NCBI GenBank assembly: GCA_963770895.1
Contig: CAVYRF010000002.1
Coordinates: 1 to 64,000, forward strand
From: an uncultured Acidobacteriota bacterium
Lineage (GTDB): Bacteria > Acidobacteriota > Thermoanaerobaculia > Multivoradales > UBA5704
Direction of reading: 5' to 3'
DNA length: 64,000 nucleotides
The notes below the pieces were generated by a model. It did no database searches, was not told the origin of the DNA, and saw only the letters and a list, made by a program, of their open reading frames with translations. Positions 1 through 8,383 of this stretch are shown in pieces. Each line of letters begins with the position of its first letter. Position 1 is the first letter of the stretch. The position numbers and the translations under genes are program-made.

Positions 1-35
1 AACTGGCGGATCCACATCACATAGATCGCGTTCAT
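1..35 (-). CDS. ABC-2 type permease, 5' end only (runs off window)
   Basis: ATG at 35 with GAGGG SD, reads MNAIYVMWIRQ; directly downstream of a DrrA-like ATPase. Confidence 0.6.
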   Translation of the reverse strand, partial: MNAIYVMWIRQ

Positions 36-42
36 ATCCCTC

Positions 43-831
43 TCACTTGCGGCGCATCGCGCGCGCCATCGTCCGCATGCGGTCGGTGGAATTGGATTCC
101 TCTTCGCGGATGGAAGAGCCGGTCAGCGCCAAAAACGCCTGCTCCAGGCTGTCGGCGCCCGTCTGTGCCTTCAGCTCCGCGGTCGAACCCAAAGCCACGA
201 TGCTGCCATGGTCGATGATCGCGATCCGCTGCGCCACCCGCTCCGCCTCCTCCATATAGTGGGTGGTCAGGAACACCGTCACGCGCTCCTTTTCGTTCAG
301 CTGCTTGACATGCGTCCACAGCTGGTTGCGCGTCTGCGGGTCCAGCCCCAGCGTCGGTTCGTCCAGGAACAAGATCCGCGGCGTATGCAGCAGCCCGCGC
401 GCGATCTCCAGCCGCCGCCGCATCCCGCCCGAAAACTGCTTCACCGGATCGCCCCGCCGCTCCCAAAGCTCGAACAGACCCAGCAGCTCCTCGATCCGCT
501 GCCGCCGCACCTTGCGCGGCACGCTGTACAAGATGCCGTGCAGATCCATGTTCTCGTACGCCGTCAGCTCGTCATCAACGCTGGGGTCCTGAAACACAAT
601 GCCAAACCGCCGCCGCACCTCGTCATGCGCCACCGCCGGATCCAGCCCATCGATCTCCACCCGGCCGCTGGTCGGCCGCAACAACGTCGTCAACATCTTG
701 ATCGTCGTCGTCTTCCCCGCCCCGTTCGGCCCCAGAAACGCAAAGATCTCCCCTTCCGGGATCTCAAACGAAATCCCCGCCACCGCCACCAGCTCCCCGT
801 ACTTCTTGACCAGGTTCTCCACCCGAATCAT
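43..831 (-). CDS. ABC transporter ATP-binding protein (DrrA/multidrug type)
   Basis: Walker A GPNGAGKTT, signature FSGGMRRR, Walker B ILFLDEPT, H-loop TTHY; start taken at MIRVENL. Confidence 0.93.
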   Translation of the reverse strand: MIRVENLVKKYGELVAVAGISFEIPEGEIFAFLGPNGAGKTTTIKMLTTLLRPTSGRVEIDGLDPAVAHDEVRRRFGIVFQDPSVDDELTAYENMDLHGILYSVPRKVRRQRIEELLGLFELWERRGDPVKQFSGGMRRRLEIARGLLHTPRILFLDEPTLGLDPQTRNQLWTHVKQLNEKERVTVFLTTHYMEEAERVAQRIAIIDHGSIVALGSTAELKAQTGADSLEQAFLALTGSSIREEESNSTDRMRTMARAMRRK

Positions 832-960
832 CGCCAACGCCGCACCCTCACCATGTCTCGTCGTAGTTCCAGGTAGTTCCAGAGGATCGTCCAGGATCGC
901 ACCGCAGCTTCGCCCAACCACACCGCTACACCACCAACAGCATCGCCAATCGCATCGCTA

Positions 961-1041
961 CCGCCCCACCGCCTCGCCCGCCCTGCGCCGCGCCCACCCG
1001 CCCCACCGCCTCGCCCGCCCTGCGCCGCGCCCACCCGCCCC
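961..1041 (+). repeat. 37-bp tandem repeat, about 2.2 copies
   Basis: ccgccccaccgcctcgcccgccctgcgccgcgcccac at 961-997 and 998-1034, partial third copy. Confidence 0.85.
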
Positions 1042-1076
1042 GCCGGCGACCGAAGCATACATGACCGGCCAACCCG

Positions 1077-1109
1077 CGGTGGTGACATCGGTGGTGACAT
1101 GCCTGTCAC
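1077..1109. promoter_or_regulatory. Direct repeat plus palindrome upstream of recombinase (putative protein-binding site)
   Basis: cggtggtgacat x2 (1077-1100) overlapping GTGACA-N4-TGTCAC (1094-1109); TATGAT -10-like hexamer at 1175-1180. Confidence 0.4.
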
Positions 1110-1210
1110 ACCCCCGAGGCGCCGCAGAGCCCTCGTTTCACCACCGCGGCTCCAGCAAGGGCGCCGCCACCACCTATGATTCCCCTCCCTGGCAACTTCG
1201 AGGAGGGGAC

Positions 1211-2155
1211 ATGACTCTTGATGAAGCCGTCACGATCTTTCTGTCACATTGTCGTTACGAAAAGAACCTCAGCCAGAAGACTCTGCGCGCCTACAACATC
1301 GACCTCCGCCAGCTGATGGACCACCTGCGCCTCCTCGACCCCACCCTCCCCTCCCTGCCCGATCTCGACAAAGCCCTCCTCCGCCGCTACATCCAAAGCC
1401 TCTTCGGCCGCAATGCCGACAAGACCATCAAGCGCAAAGTCGCCACCCTCAAGGTCTTCTTCCACTTCCTGGAGCGAGAAGACCTCATCGGCATCAACCC
1501 CTTCCGCAAAATGGACGTCCGCATCCGCGAAGCCCGCCGCCTCCCCCGCACCGTCCCCCTGGCCGACCTCCGAGCCCTCTTCCGCTACCTTTACGCCCAC
1601 AAGCGCACCCTCCAGCAGCCCGACACCCCCGCCTACCGCCGCGTCGTCCGCGACATCGCCGTCCTCGAGCTCCTCTTCGCCACCGGCGCCCGCGTCTCCG
1701 AAATCTGCACCCTCACCCAGCAAAACGTCGATCTCCGAGAAGGCTACGTCCGCATCTTGGGAAAAGGCGCAAGGGAGCGTATAATTCAGCTCTGCGATGA
1801 CGAAACTCTGGAGGCGCTAAGGGCTCACCAAGCCCTCGGCCCCTCCCCAGAAGGAGGCTACTTCTTCTCCAACGGCAGCACCGGCCGCCACCTCTCCGAC
1901 CAATCCGTCCGCACCATGCTCAAAACCACCGTCCGCCGAGCCGGCCTCCACCTCCACCTGACCCCCCACATGATCCGCCACACCATCGCCACCCTCCTCC
2001 TGGAAAGGGGCCTCGACATCCGCTACATCCAGCACCTCCTGGGCCACAGCTCCATCTCCACCACCCAGATCTACACCAGCGTAGAAGCCGGCCACCAACG
2101 CCGCCTCCTAACCGCCCACCACCCCCGCCGCCATCTGCTTCAAAACATCGCATGA
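1211..2155 (+). CDS. Tyrosine recombinase/integrase (XerC/D-like)
   Basis: GGAGGGG SD then ATG at 1211; SAM-like N-domain; catalytic R (TGARVSE), K (GKGARER), HxxR (HMIRH), LLGH and Y (TQIY) all present. Confidence 0.95.
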   Translation: MTLDEAVTIFLSHCRYEKNLSQKTLRAYNIDLRQLMDHLRLLDPTLPSLPDLDKALLRRYIQSLFGRNADKTIKRKVATLKVFFHFLEREDLIGINPFRKMDVRIREARRLPRTVPLADLRALFRYLYAHKRTLQQPDTPAYRRVVRDIAVLELLFATGARVSEICTLTQQNVDLREGYVRILGKGARERIIQLCDDETLEALRAHQALGPSPEGGYFFSNGSTGRHLSDQSVRTMLKTTVRRAGLHLHLTPHMIRHTIATLLLERGLDIRYIQHLLGHSSISTTQIYTSVEAGHQRRLLTAHHPRRHLLQNIA

Positions 2156-2445
2156 GCACCAACGTAGCGATAACTCGGAATTATCAAGCCTCGCACCTGG
2201 AGGGGCACGTGACGGACAGCGAACTCGGAGTGTGCGGAGAACCGCCTGGACTGACGCAGGTTGTCCTGGCATTTCTCAAGGCCAGATTCATGTGCCTTGG
2301 ACTGGTCCCAGATCTCCTCGGGAAAGTCGACAGCTCCAAGTCGCGGTGGAAGCCATGTTCCCAATCGCTCCATTCGCAGGGCGCATCCGACCTGTCGCAC
2401 CTTCGGGTTCATTTTCTCGGGTCGCTCAGCCAACCGCCTGACTAA
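2152..2445 (+). CDS. Small hypothetical ORF reading through the left repeat (ATG 2152 or GTG 2209)
   Basis: ATGA overlap with recombinase stop; in-frame GTG start MTDSEL with SD identical to the aminotransferase start; no recognisable domain. Confidence 0.3.
   Translation: MSTNVAITRNYQASHLEGHVTDSELGVCGEPPGLTQVVLAFLKARFMCLGLVPDLLGKVDSSKSRWKPCSQSLHSQGASDLSHLRVHFLGSLSQPPD
2169..2227 (+). repeat. Left inverted repeat / putative recombination site
   Basis: gataactcggaattatcaagcctcgcacctggaggggcacgtgacggacagcgaactcg equals reverse complement of 9741-9798 apart from one extra G; core GATAA-CTCGGAA-TTATC. Confidence 0.92.
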
Positions 2446-2471
2446 TCTCTACTTCAAAAAGGTGCTCGCGC

Positions 2472-5400
2472 ATGTCACACGTGCAAGTGAGTTGTGGAAC
2501 ATCGCCCAATTCACTGCGATGGAGGCTTGGGCAGTACGGCGGCCACGCCTTTGACGATCTTCTCTTCGACGTCCTTACCCGAGATCTCCAGCAGCAGGAT
2601 CCGAATATCCGAGTGCGACAGACTCCTCGCGTCGAGGATGGTGGCCGTGACGTCGAGATAGTGACCGACAAGATACTGAAGCTGGCTGGCGTCGTGATTC
2701 ATCCACCTGGCGCAGCCCCGCATAGGATCTTGGTCGAAGTGAAGACGATAACGTCGGGCTCCAAGCCACGGCTTCCATTTTCTGCGTTTGGCAAAAACTA
2801 CCACCAGCTTCGCGGGCTGGATTATTCCCACTTCGTTCTCGTCACGAATGCCTCGATCTCCCCGCGAACGGCGCGAGAGGTGTCACAGTCCTTCTCCGCA
2901 GCCGGGAAGCAATTCGTCCTTATCGACGAGTATCTCCTCTGGACCTTGCTTGATAAGCATGGCTTGGCAGGCCGATTACCAGAACGTTCGGAGTTGACTC
3001 CTACCGAGCTCGTGATCGAAACGCAGGTCAAGCGCACGGTGCAGGACGAAGCCGTGATCATCGACCTCGACCTGATGCTCCGCAACTACTCGAACATGCC
3101 GAGGCGCGTCACTGTCGAGAATCGCAGCGATGTGACCTGGCGGCAGACCATTCCCGAGGTGACCCGCACGATTGAGCCCGGCCGGTTCGAGACACTGCAC
3201 CTGATCGCCAAGAGCAGGAGACGCGAGACCGGCGATCTGGAGCTTCGCGTCCATGATCAGGATGGGGCGGAGTACCCTCTTCGCTTCGAAGCCCGTGACA
3301 TTGCCTTCGACTTTAAGCCGCCTCTCGTCGGAGAGCGACATCACCGCTGCCTCAACGAGCTGGTCGTCGCTCTCGGCGCAGACCTTCCGAGCCACCTTGT
3401 CAGCGTGGTCGGTGGAGCTGGACGAGGCAAAACACGCCTGATTGAAGAGGCTCTTGCCCGTACCGACAGGGCCACCCGCAAGGTCGTCCGTGCGGTGGTC
3501 GATCCTGATCGGTCGGAGCCAGCACTGGAAGCCGTGCTCAGCGGGATTCATGCCGCGCTCGGCGACACAGCTGCCCATCGAAACCTGAAGCCAGGCCGTC
3601 ACCCGTCCACGGCAGTCCGATTGCTCGAGGTGCTGACACAGCTCGACCATGCGTTCTACTCCGTCGTCATCTTGCTGGAAGACCTTCATCACGCAAGCCA
3701 CCCGGTCTTTACTCTCCTGCGCGACTTCCTGCGCATCGACCGCTCTGGGCAGTGTCCCTTGACTTTCGTCATTTCAGGACGCGATGACTACTCCTTCCCA
3801 AACGATGCATATTTCGCTCTCCTGGACGTGCTTGCCCACGCCGCGGCAGAGACGCCCGCCGTCGGGGAGTGTCGCGTAAGCACGATTCGCGTCCCTGATT
3901 TAACGCCCGAGGACTCTCGGCTTTTGATTCGCGCCATCGTGCGCGATGCACCAGCGTACGCCATGGATCGCCTCGAGGCCATTGGCGAGAATGTGCCTTT
4001 CTTCATTGTGCAGACCATAGAATATATGCTGGAAACAGGCATCGCCATTTTGTTGTCGCGCGAGAGCGTTGGCATTCCCAACCCGGCGGTGTTCGGTTCG
4101 CGAGCCGGCTTCCCAGCTGCAATGAAGTCTATTCTTACGGGCAGGTTGACGGCTCTCGACGCGCAGCCCGAAGGGCTCCGTCTGCGCCACTTTCTGGGAG
4201 TCTCTTGTTTTTTTGGCCAGCTGATACCCCAGGATATCGAGTTCGCGCTGATTGGAAACGTATCTGTTGATGAGGTCGAAGACCTGCTAATTGGCCGGCG
4301 ATTTCTCAAGCGCGGCGATGATGGATCGCTCCAGTGGTACCACGAGAACATCCTGCACCTCCTGCAAGAACTGGTACACGATGACGGCAGTGCGACGCTG
4401 CTGGCGCAGGAGATCGCCCTGACGCCGGCCCTGTTCAAGCACTTTACCGGCTGGCGTGCCGGCAGAATCCTGAGCGAGGCCGGGCTTCATCGTGCCGCAT
4501 TGCCGTATTTTACCACCATTAGCTCGCTTGCGGATGCAATGACCAACTTCAGCTCCGTTAACGTGGACCATACCTGCTTCGACTATTTATCGTGTACGTT
4601 CGATTCCGCAATAGCCTGTGGCGAGCAGCCGTCCCGGCTAATTCGTCTACTACTGCTACAGACGTATATCGCCGTGCACCACTACTCTGGACGGCATGGG
4701 CCCGAGACCGCAGCGCATGCCCTCTCGCGGCTGCCCCTCGTTCCGGCCGATGACGCGGAATTGCTCGAAGCGCGCGCCAAGCTCTTGCAACTGCGCGCGC
4801 ATGGGCTTATGGACATCGGTGAAATCGGCCGTGCAACCAAGCTGTTCTTGGAAATGGAGGGCTCGGTTAAACAGCCCGATTCGATCCTCAGGCAGCCAGA
4901 CCTGCTCTTCGATCTCTACAATCGCCTTCAAGACATCTATCGCATGCACAACCACCTAGCCGTCTGCGAACGGTACGGCGAGCTGGCCGGTCATGCGGCA
5001 CGTCAATCTGGAGGTGAGCTGCAGACTGTGGCGATGGGCGACAGTGCCATTGTTTACCACTACGTCGATACCCCGCGGTGTATCCGCCTTCACGAGGAGG
5101 CCCTTGCGTTTGCTCACCTCTTCGGCGCGAAGCGTCATGTCGCCCACATCGAGGTCGGCCTCATCGTGGCCAGCTTGAGCGACGCAGGAAGCAACGTCGA
5201 ACGCCTCAAAGATCTCATGGCCCGCGCGATCGAGCTTCTGCGCCAAGCGCTCGACAAGTCGTATGGGTCGCTTCTGGCACGCATCTACTTGCTACTGGCC
5301 ACGGTTGCGCATCTCCTCGCAGCGTACGGTGTCACGTCGAAGTCAGCGGTCGACAAGTACATCGAGCTCAGTCTTAATGCCGCAGTGATGTACCGGTCTG

Positions 5401-5825
5401 GCTACGACGCGTGGATGATCTACAACCTAAAGGCAATAGCAGCCTTGAGCGCCGGCCGGCCGATTAAGGAGGTAGGTGCCTACTTCGCTACGGCACTGCG
5501 CCTGCTGCGCCGTAGCGCTCTTCTCTTCCTCGGGAACCTCGACCTAACCTTCGAGAATATCATCGTTTTAAGCAACATCCTACGCTTCCTATCCGAACAC
5601 GGGACAGAGCGAGAGAAGTTCTCTATCGCACTTGAAATACGCCATTATGAAGACGTGGACGATGTTGCGCGAGGAGATCCGGAAGCCGACCTCTCTTGGG
5701 GGAAAGTCCGCTTCTCACAGCTTGAGCAAGATGTCCTCAACCATCGCATCATCGGGCAGACCGTTGTGCCAGACTCAGTGTTATTCGACAACGTGACTGG
5801 CTACGCTATTTGCGTTACTTGCTGA
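2472..5825 (+). CDS. Mrr-like PD-(D/E)XK nuclease - STAND/AAA NTPase - helical (TPR-like) repeat protein, Avs-like
   Basis: N-terminal QTPRVEDGGRDV...ILVEVK nuclease motif; Walker A GGAGRGKT; Walker B VILLEDLH; long alpha-helical C-terminus; 1117 aa. Confidence 0.8.
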   Translation: MSHVQVSCGTSPNSLRWRLGQYGGHAFDDLLFDVLTRDLQQQDPNIRVRQTPRVEDGGRDVEIVTDKILKLAGVVIHPPGAAPHRILVEVKTITSGSKPRLPFSAFGKNYHQLRGLDYSHFVLVTNASISPRTAREVSQSFSAAGKQFVLIDEYLLWTLLDKHGLAGRLPERSELTPTELVIETQVKRTVQDEAVIIDLDLMLRNYSNMPRRVTVENRSDVTWRQTIPEVTRTIEPGRFETLHLIAKSRRRETGDLELRVHDQDGAEYPLRFEARDIAFDFKPPLVGERHHRCLNELVVALGADLPSHLVSVVGGAGRGKTRLIEEALARTDRATRKVVRAVVDPDRSEPALEAVLSGIHAALGDTAAHRNLKPGRHPSTAVRLLEVLTQLDHAFYSVVILLEDLHHASHPVFTLLRDFLRIDRSGQCPLTFVISGRDDYSFPNDAYFALLDVLAHAAAETPAVGECRVSTIRVPDLTPEDSRLLIRAIVRDAPAYAMDRLEAIGENVPFFIVQTIEYMLETGIAILLSRESVGIPNPAVFGSRAGFPAAMKSILTGRLTALDAQPEGLRLRHFLGVSCFFGQLIPQDIEFALIGNVSVDEVEDLLIGRRFLKRGDDGSLQWYHENILHLLQELVHDDGSATLLAQEIALTPALFKHFTGWRAGRILSEAGLHRAALPYFTTISSLADAMTNFSSVNVDHTCFDYLSCTFDSAIACGEQPSRLIRLLLLQTYIAVHHYSGRHGPETAAHALSRLPLVPADDAELLEARAKLLQLRAHGLMDIGEIGRATKLFLEMEGSVKQPDSILRQPDLLFDLYNRLQDIYRMHNHLAVCERYGELAGHAARQSGGELQTVAMGDSAIVYHYVDTPRCIRLHEEALAFAHLFGAKRHVAHIEVGLIVASLSDAGSNVERLKDLMARAIELLRQALDKSYGSLLARIYLLLATVAHLLAAYGVTSKSAVDKYIELSLNAAVMYRSGYDAWMIYNLKAIAALSAGRPIKEVGAYFATALRLLRRSALLFLGNLDLTFENIIVLSNILRFLSEHGTEREKFSIALEIRHYEDVDDVARGDPEADLSWGKVRFSQLEQDVLNHRIIGQTVVPDSVLFDNVTGYAICVTC

Positions 5826-7608
5826 GCTCTGCCTGTCGCGTCTTCGTGATCAAGGCGCCCTCAATGACGAGCGCATCTAGCCCGCAGGACAGGAACGCGC
5901 GGATTGAATCTTCCGGCGTCTCCACCATTGGCTCTCCGGCCAAGTTGAACGATGTGTTCAGGAGCACCGCAAGACCAGTTCGCCGATGAAACGCGGCCAA
6001 CAGCGCCTGCAGAAATGGTTCCTGACTATCCACAGTCTGAACTCGTGCCGTACCGTCGATGTGGGTAATGGCCGGTAACAGCGCCTGATACGCTGCTCGG
6101 ACATCGCACGCGAAGAGCATGAATGGCGAGGGCTGGATAAGGTCAAAGATCTCTGCCGCATGCTCGGCGAGGACCATCGGAGCGTAGGGCCGAAACGCTT
6201 CACGGAACTTTACGTAGGCGTTCAAGTGGTCTTTCATAGAGGGAGATCGCGGATCTGCAAGGATCGAACGATGCCCCAAGGCCCTGGGGCCCAGTTCGCT
6301 GCGACCACGCAGCAGGCCGACGGTCCAGCCCTGCTCGATGAGGGCGGCGACCTCTTCGACCAGGACATGATCGTCGTGCCACTCGTATGCGAGCCCGTGC
6401 CGAGCGATCGCTGCCTCAATAGCGTGTCGGTCGTAGGAGAGTCCAGCATAGGGAAGAACGGGAGGGACGGCAGGCTCAGCCGGATGTAATGTGGGCCTAG
6501 GAGTCCGTCCCTTGAGCAATGCACTTACTGCAAACGCGGCCCCCACTGCGTGACCTTCGTCACCGCAGGCAGGCATGGCAAAGATCTCGCTGAAGAGCCC
6601 GGCCTTCAGGAGCTTGTGGTTCGCCACGCAGTTGAGGAAGACACCTCCAGATACACATAGCTTCGGCTCACCCAAGCGGTCACGGGTGTAGCGCGCAAGG
6701 CCGAGCAGCGCCTCTTCGGTGAACTTCTGAATCGTACTCGCCGCATCGGCGCGGTGCAGCCGAATGAACGCACCTATGGACATCGACTCAGTTTCGGCGA
6801 CGTTTTCGACTTCACGGATGATGTCGGCGAGGGTGAGCGAGTAACTGAAGTCGGTCACTGGCCACATGCGCGGATCTACTAGAGGCCTTCCATAGGACGC
6901 AAGGCCCATTGTCTTGCCGTTCTGTTCGTTGCCGAACCCTAAGAAGTAAGTGAACTGCTCGTACTTTCGACCGATACCAACGGTCTGTGTCGCGTAGCGG
7001 TCAGGCATCTGGGAAGCGCAGTAGAAGAACGGCCGGTCGTAGATGTCGTGCAGGAACGACTGCAAGCGACGATCGCACAGTTCCAGGGTGTCGCCATCGG
7101 CGAGGAACAGGCTCTCGCCCTCCATGCCCACGGCAAGGTCGGCCGCTCCTGGTGCCCCAACCGACTCCCTCCCAGGCGGCCCGACGAGATCGCCGGCGCC
7201 GTCACAGACTAGGATCGCGCAGCGCTGGAATCCGGAAAGTGCGCGTACACTCCAGGCGTGTGCGAGATGGTGCGTCACCGGAATACACGTGATGTCGGGA
7301 AGGTCAAAATAAACGCTCAGATCGTCTTCAAAACGACCGGCAAGCTTGTTGACCTCGCAGTTCTCGAAGCTAAATCCGACAGCGTCGACATCGTGAATCG
7401 TGCGGCCAACCTGAGCAAGGACAGCTGCGATGGCCTGGATCGGTATCTGGCAACCGGACGAGAACTTCACGCGGTCGAGCCGCTCCTGCGCGATGTGCCC
7501 GATTAGCCTGCCATTCTCCACCAGCGCCGCGCTGCGGTCGTGGCCTATATGGACGCCGAGCACTAAGCCAGAACCGCGGCATGTGACGATCGAAGGCGAG
7601 AGCTGCAT
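5815..7608 (-). CDS. O-carbamoyltransferase, NodU/CmcH/TobZ family
   Basis: GHDRSAALV, QERLDRVK, HHLAHA, DGAGD, GKTMGLASYG, SELGPRALGHRSILADPR, KFREAFRPYAP, NTSFN. Confidence 0.93.
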   Translation of the reverse strand: MQLSPSIVTCRGSGLVLGVHIGHDRSAALVENGRLIGHIAQERLDRVKFSSGCQIPIQAIAAVLAQVGRTIHDVDAVGFSFENCEVNKLAGRFEDDLSVYFDLPDITCIPVTHHLAHAWSVRALSGFQRCAILVCDGAGDLVGPPGRESVGAPGAADLAVGMEGESLFLADGDTLELCDRRLQSFLHDIYDRPFFYCASQMPDRYATQTVGIGRKYEQFTYFLGFGNEQNGKTMGLASYGRPLVDPRMWPVTDFSYSLTLADIIREVENVAETESMSIGAFIRLHRADAASTIQKFTEEALLGLARYTRDRLGEPKLCVSGGVFLNCVANHKLLKAGLFSEIFAMPACGDEGHAVGAAFAVSALLKGRTPRPTLHPAEPAVPPVLPYAGLSYDRHAIEAAIARHGLAYEWHDDHVLVEEVAALIEQGWTVGLLRGRSELGPRALGHRSILADPRSPSMKDHLNAYVKFREAFRPYAPMVLAEHAAEIFDLIQPSPFMLFACDVRAAYQALLPAITHIDGTARVQTVDSQEPFLQALLAAFHRRTGLAVLLNTSFNLAGEPMVETPEDSIRAFLSCGLDALVIEGALITKTRQAELSK

Positions 7609-7624
7609 GGGTCCTCGTTGTCTC

Positions 7625-8383
7625 TCAAATCGTCATGTTGGGGCCAGGATAGGCCCGATGATCGCAGCGAGAGCACACCGGTCCAGCCCTTCGCCTATCG
7701 CCGCGCATGAGATGCTGCCGGAGCTGCTCCATCGATGCGCTGCGCCAGATGTCCTCTAGACGAGAACGTCCCAGGTTGCCCAAGACGACCTCGCGACGCG
7801 CATCTTCATGGCAGAGAACTACGTCACCGTTGACAGTCACGATCAGCATCTCAGACGGCGCATGACAGGCCCGTCGCAGCGGCCTCTTGACACTGAGGAC
7901 GGCACCGGCGCGCCCGGACAGATCGAGATCACGAGGAAATTGCACAAGTTGATGGAGCCGACGTCGCATCGGCTCCCCGCCGTGGCGAGTTACGATGAAG
8001 AACTCGACACCCGCGTCGAGGAGGCTGGCATAGCGGGCGTCACTGAGAAGGTCCCCGTTGCTGTAGAGCACGAGATGTGCGAGCGGTAGCCAAGCGCGGG
8101 CGATTGCGATGAGGTCCTCGAGGTCCTTGCGGACTAGCGGCTCGTTGTAAAAATGAAACGACAATCGGCCGCTGAACTCGATCCCAGCAAGCTGAGCCAC
8201 GATACTGCGATATAGCTCTATTTCCATGAATAAGGATGACGACGTTGAGCCGAGCGTGCCGTTCGGGCAATAAGAACAGGTGCGGTTGCAGCGCACACCC
8301 ACTTCGATTTCGACGACGCTCGGCCAGGGAGCGGAGGGTGGACACGAATTCGTGCCATTTGAAAGTGAGGAGTTGGAAGCCAT
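7625..8383 (-). CDS. btrN: Radical SAM/Twitch dehydrogenase, BtrN-like (inosamine dehydrogenase)
   Basis: EIEVGVRCNRTCSYCP, GRLSFHFYNEPL, YSNGD, CHAPS..VTVNGDVVLCHED, C-terminal CSRC; about 250 aa, collinear with BtrN as recalled. Confidence 0.8.
   Translation of the reverse strand: MASNSSLSNGTNSCPPSAPWPSVVEIEVGVRCNRTCSYCPNGTLGSTSSSLFMEIELYRSIVAQLAGIEFSGRLSFHFYNEPLVRKDLEDLIAIARAWLPLAHLVLYSNGDLLSDARYASLLDAGVEFFIVTRHGGEPMRRRLHQLVQFPRDLDLSGRAGAVLSVKRPLRRACHAPSEMLIVTVNGDVVLCHEDARREVVLGNLGRSRLEDIWRSASMEQLRQHLMRGDRRRAGPVCSRCDHRAYPGPNMTI

Noticed and set aside
961-1041. 37-bp repeats as a CRISPR array
   Set aside because: Directly tandem, no spacers, no cas genes
599-1210. Long N-terminal extension of the recombinase ORF (518 aa)
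   Set aside because: Antisense to the ABC gene and low-complexity; strong SD and family N-terminus at 1211
2161-2190. Chromosomal dif site
   Set aside because: 7-bp spacer, no XerD-arm TTATGTTAAAT, and present twice in inverted orientation
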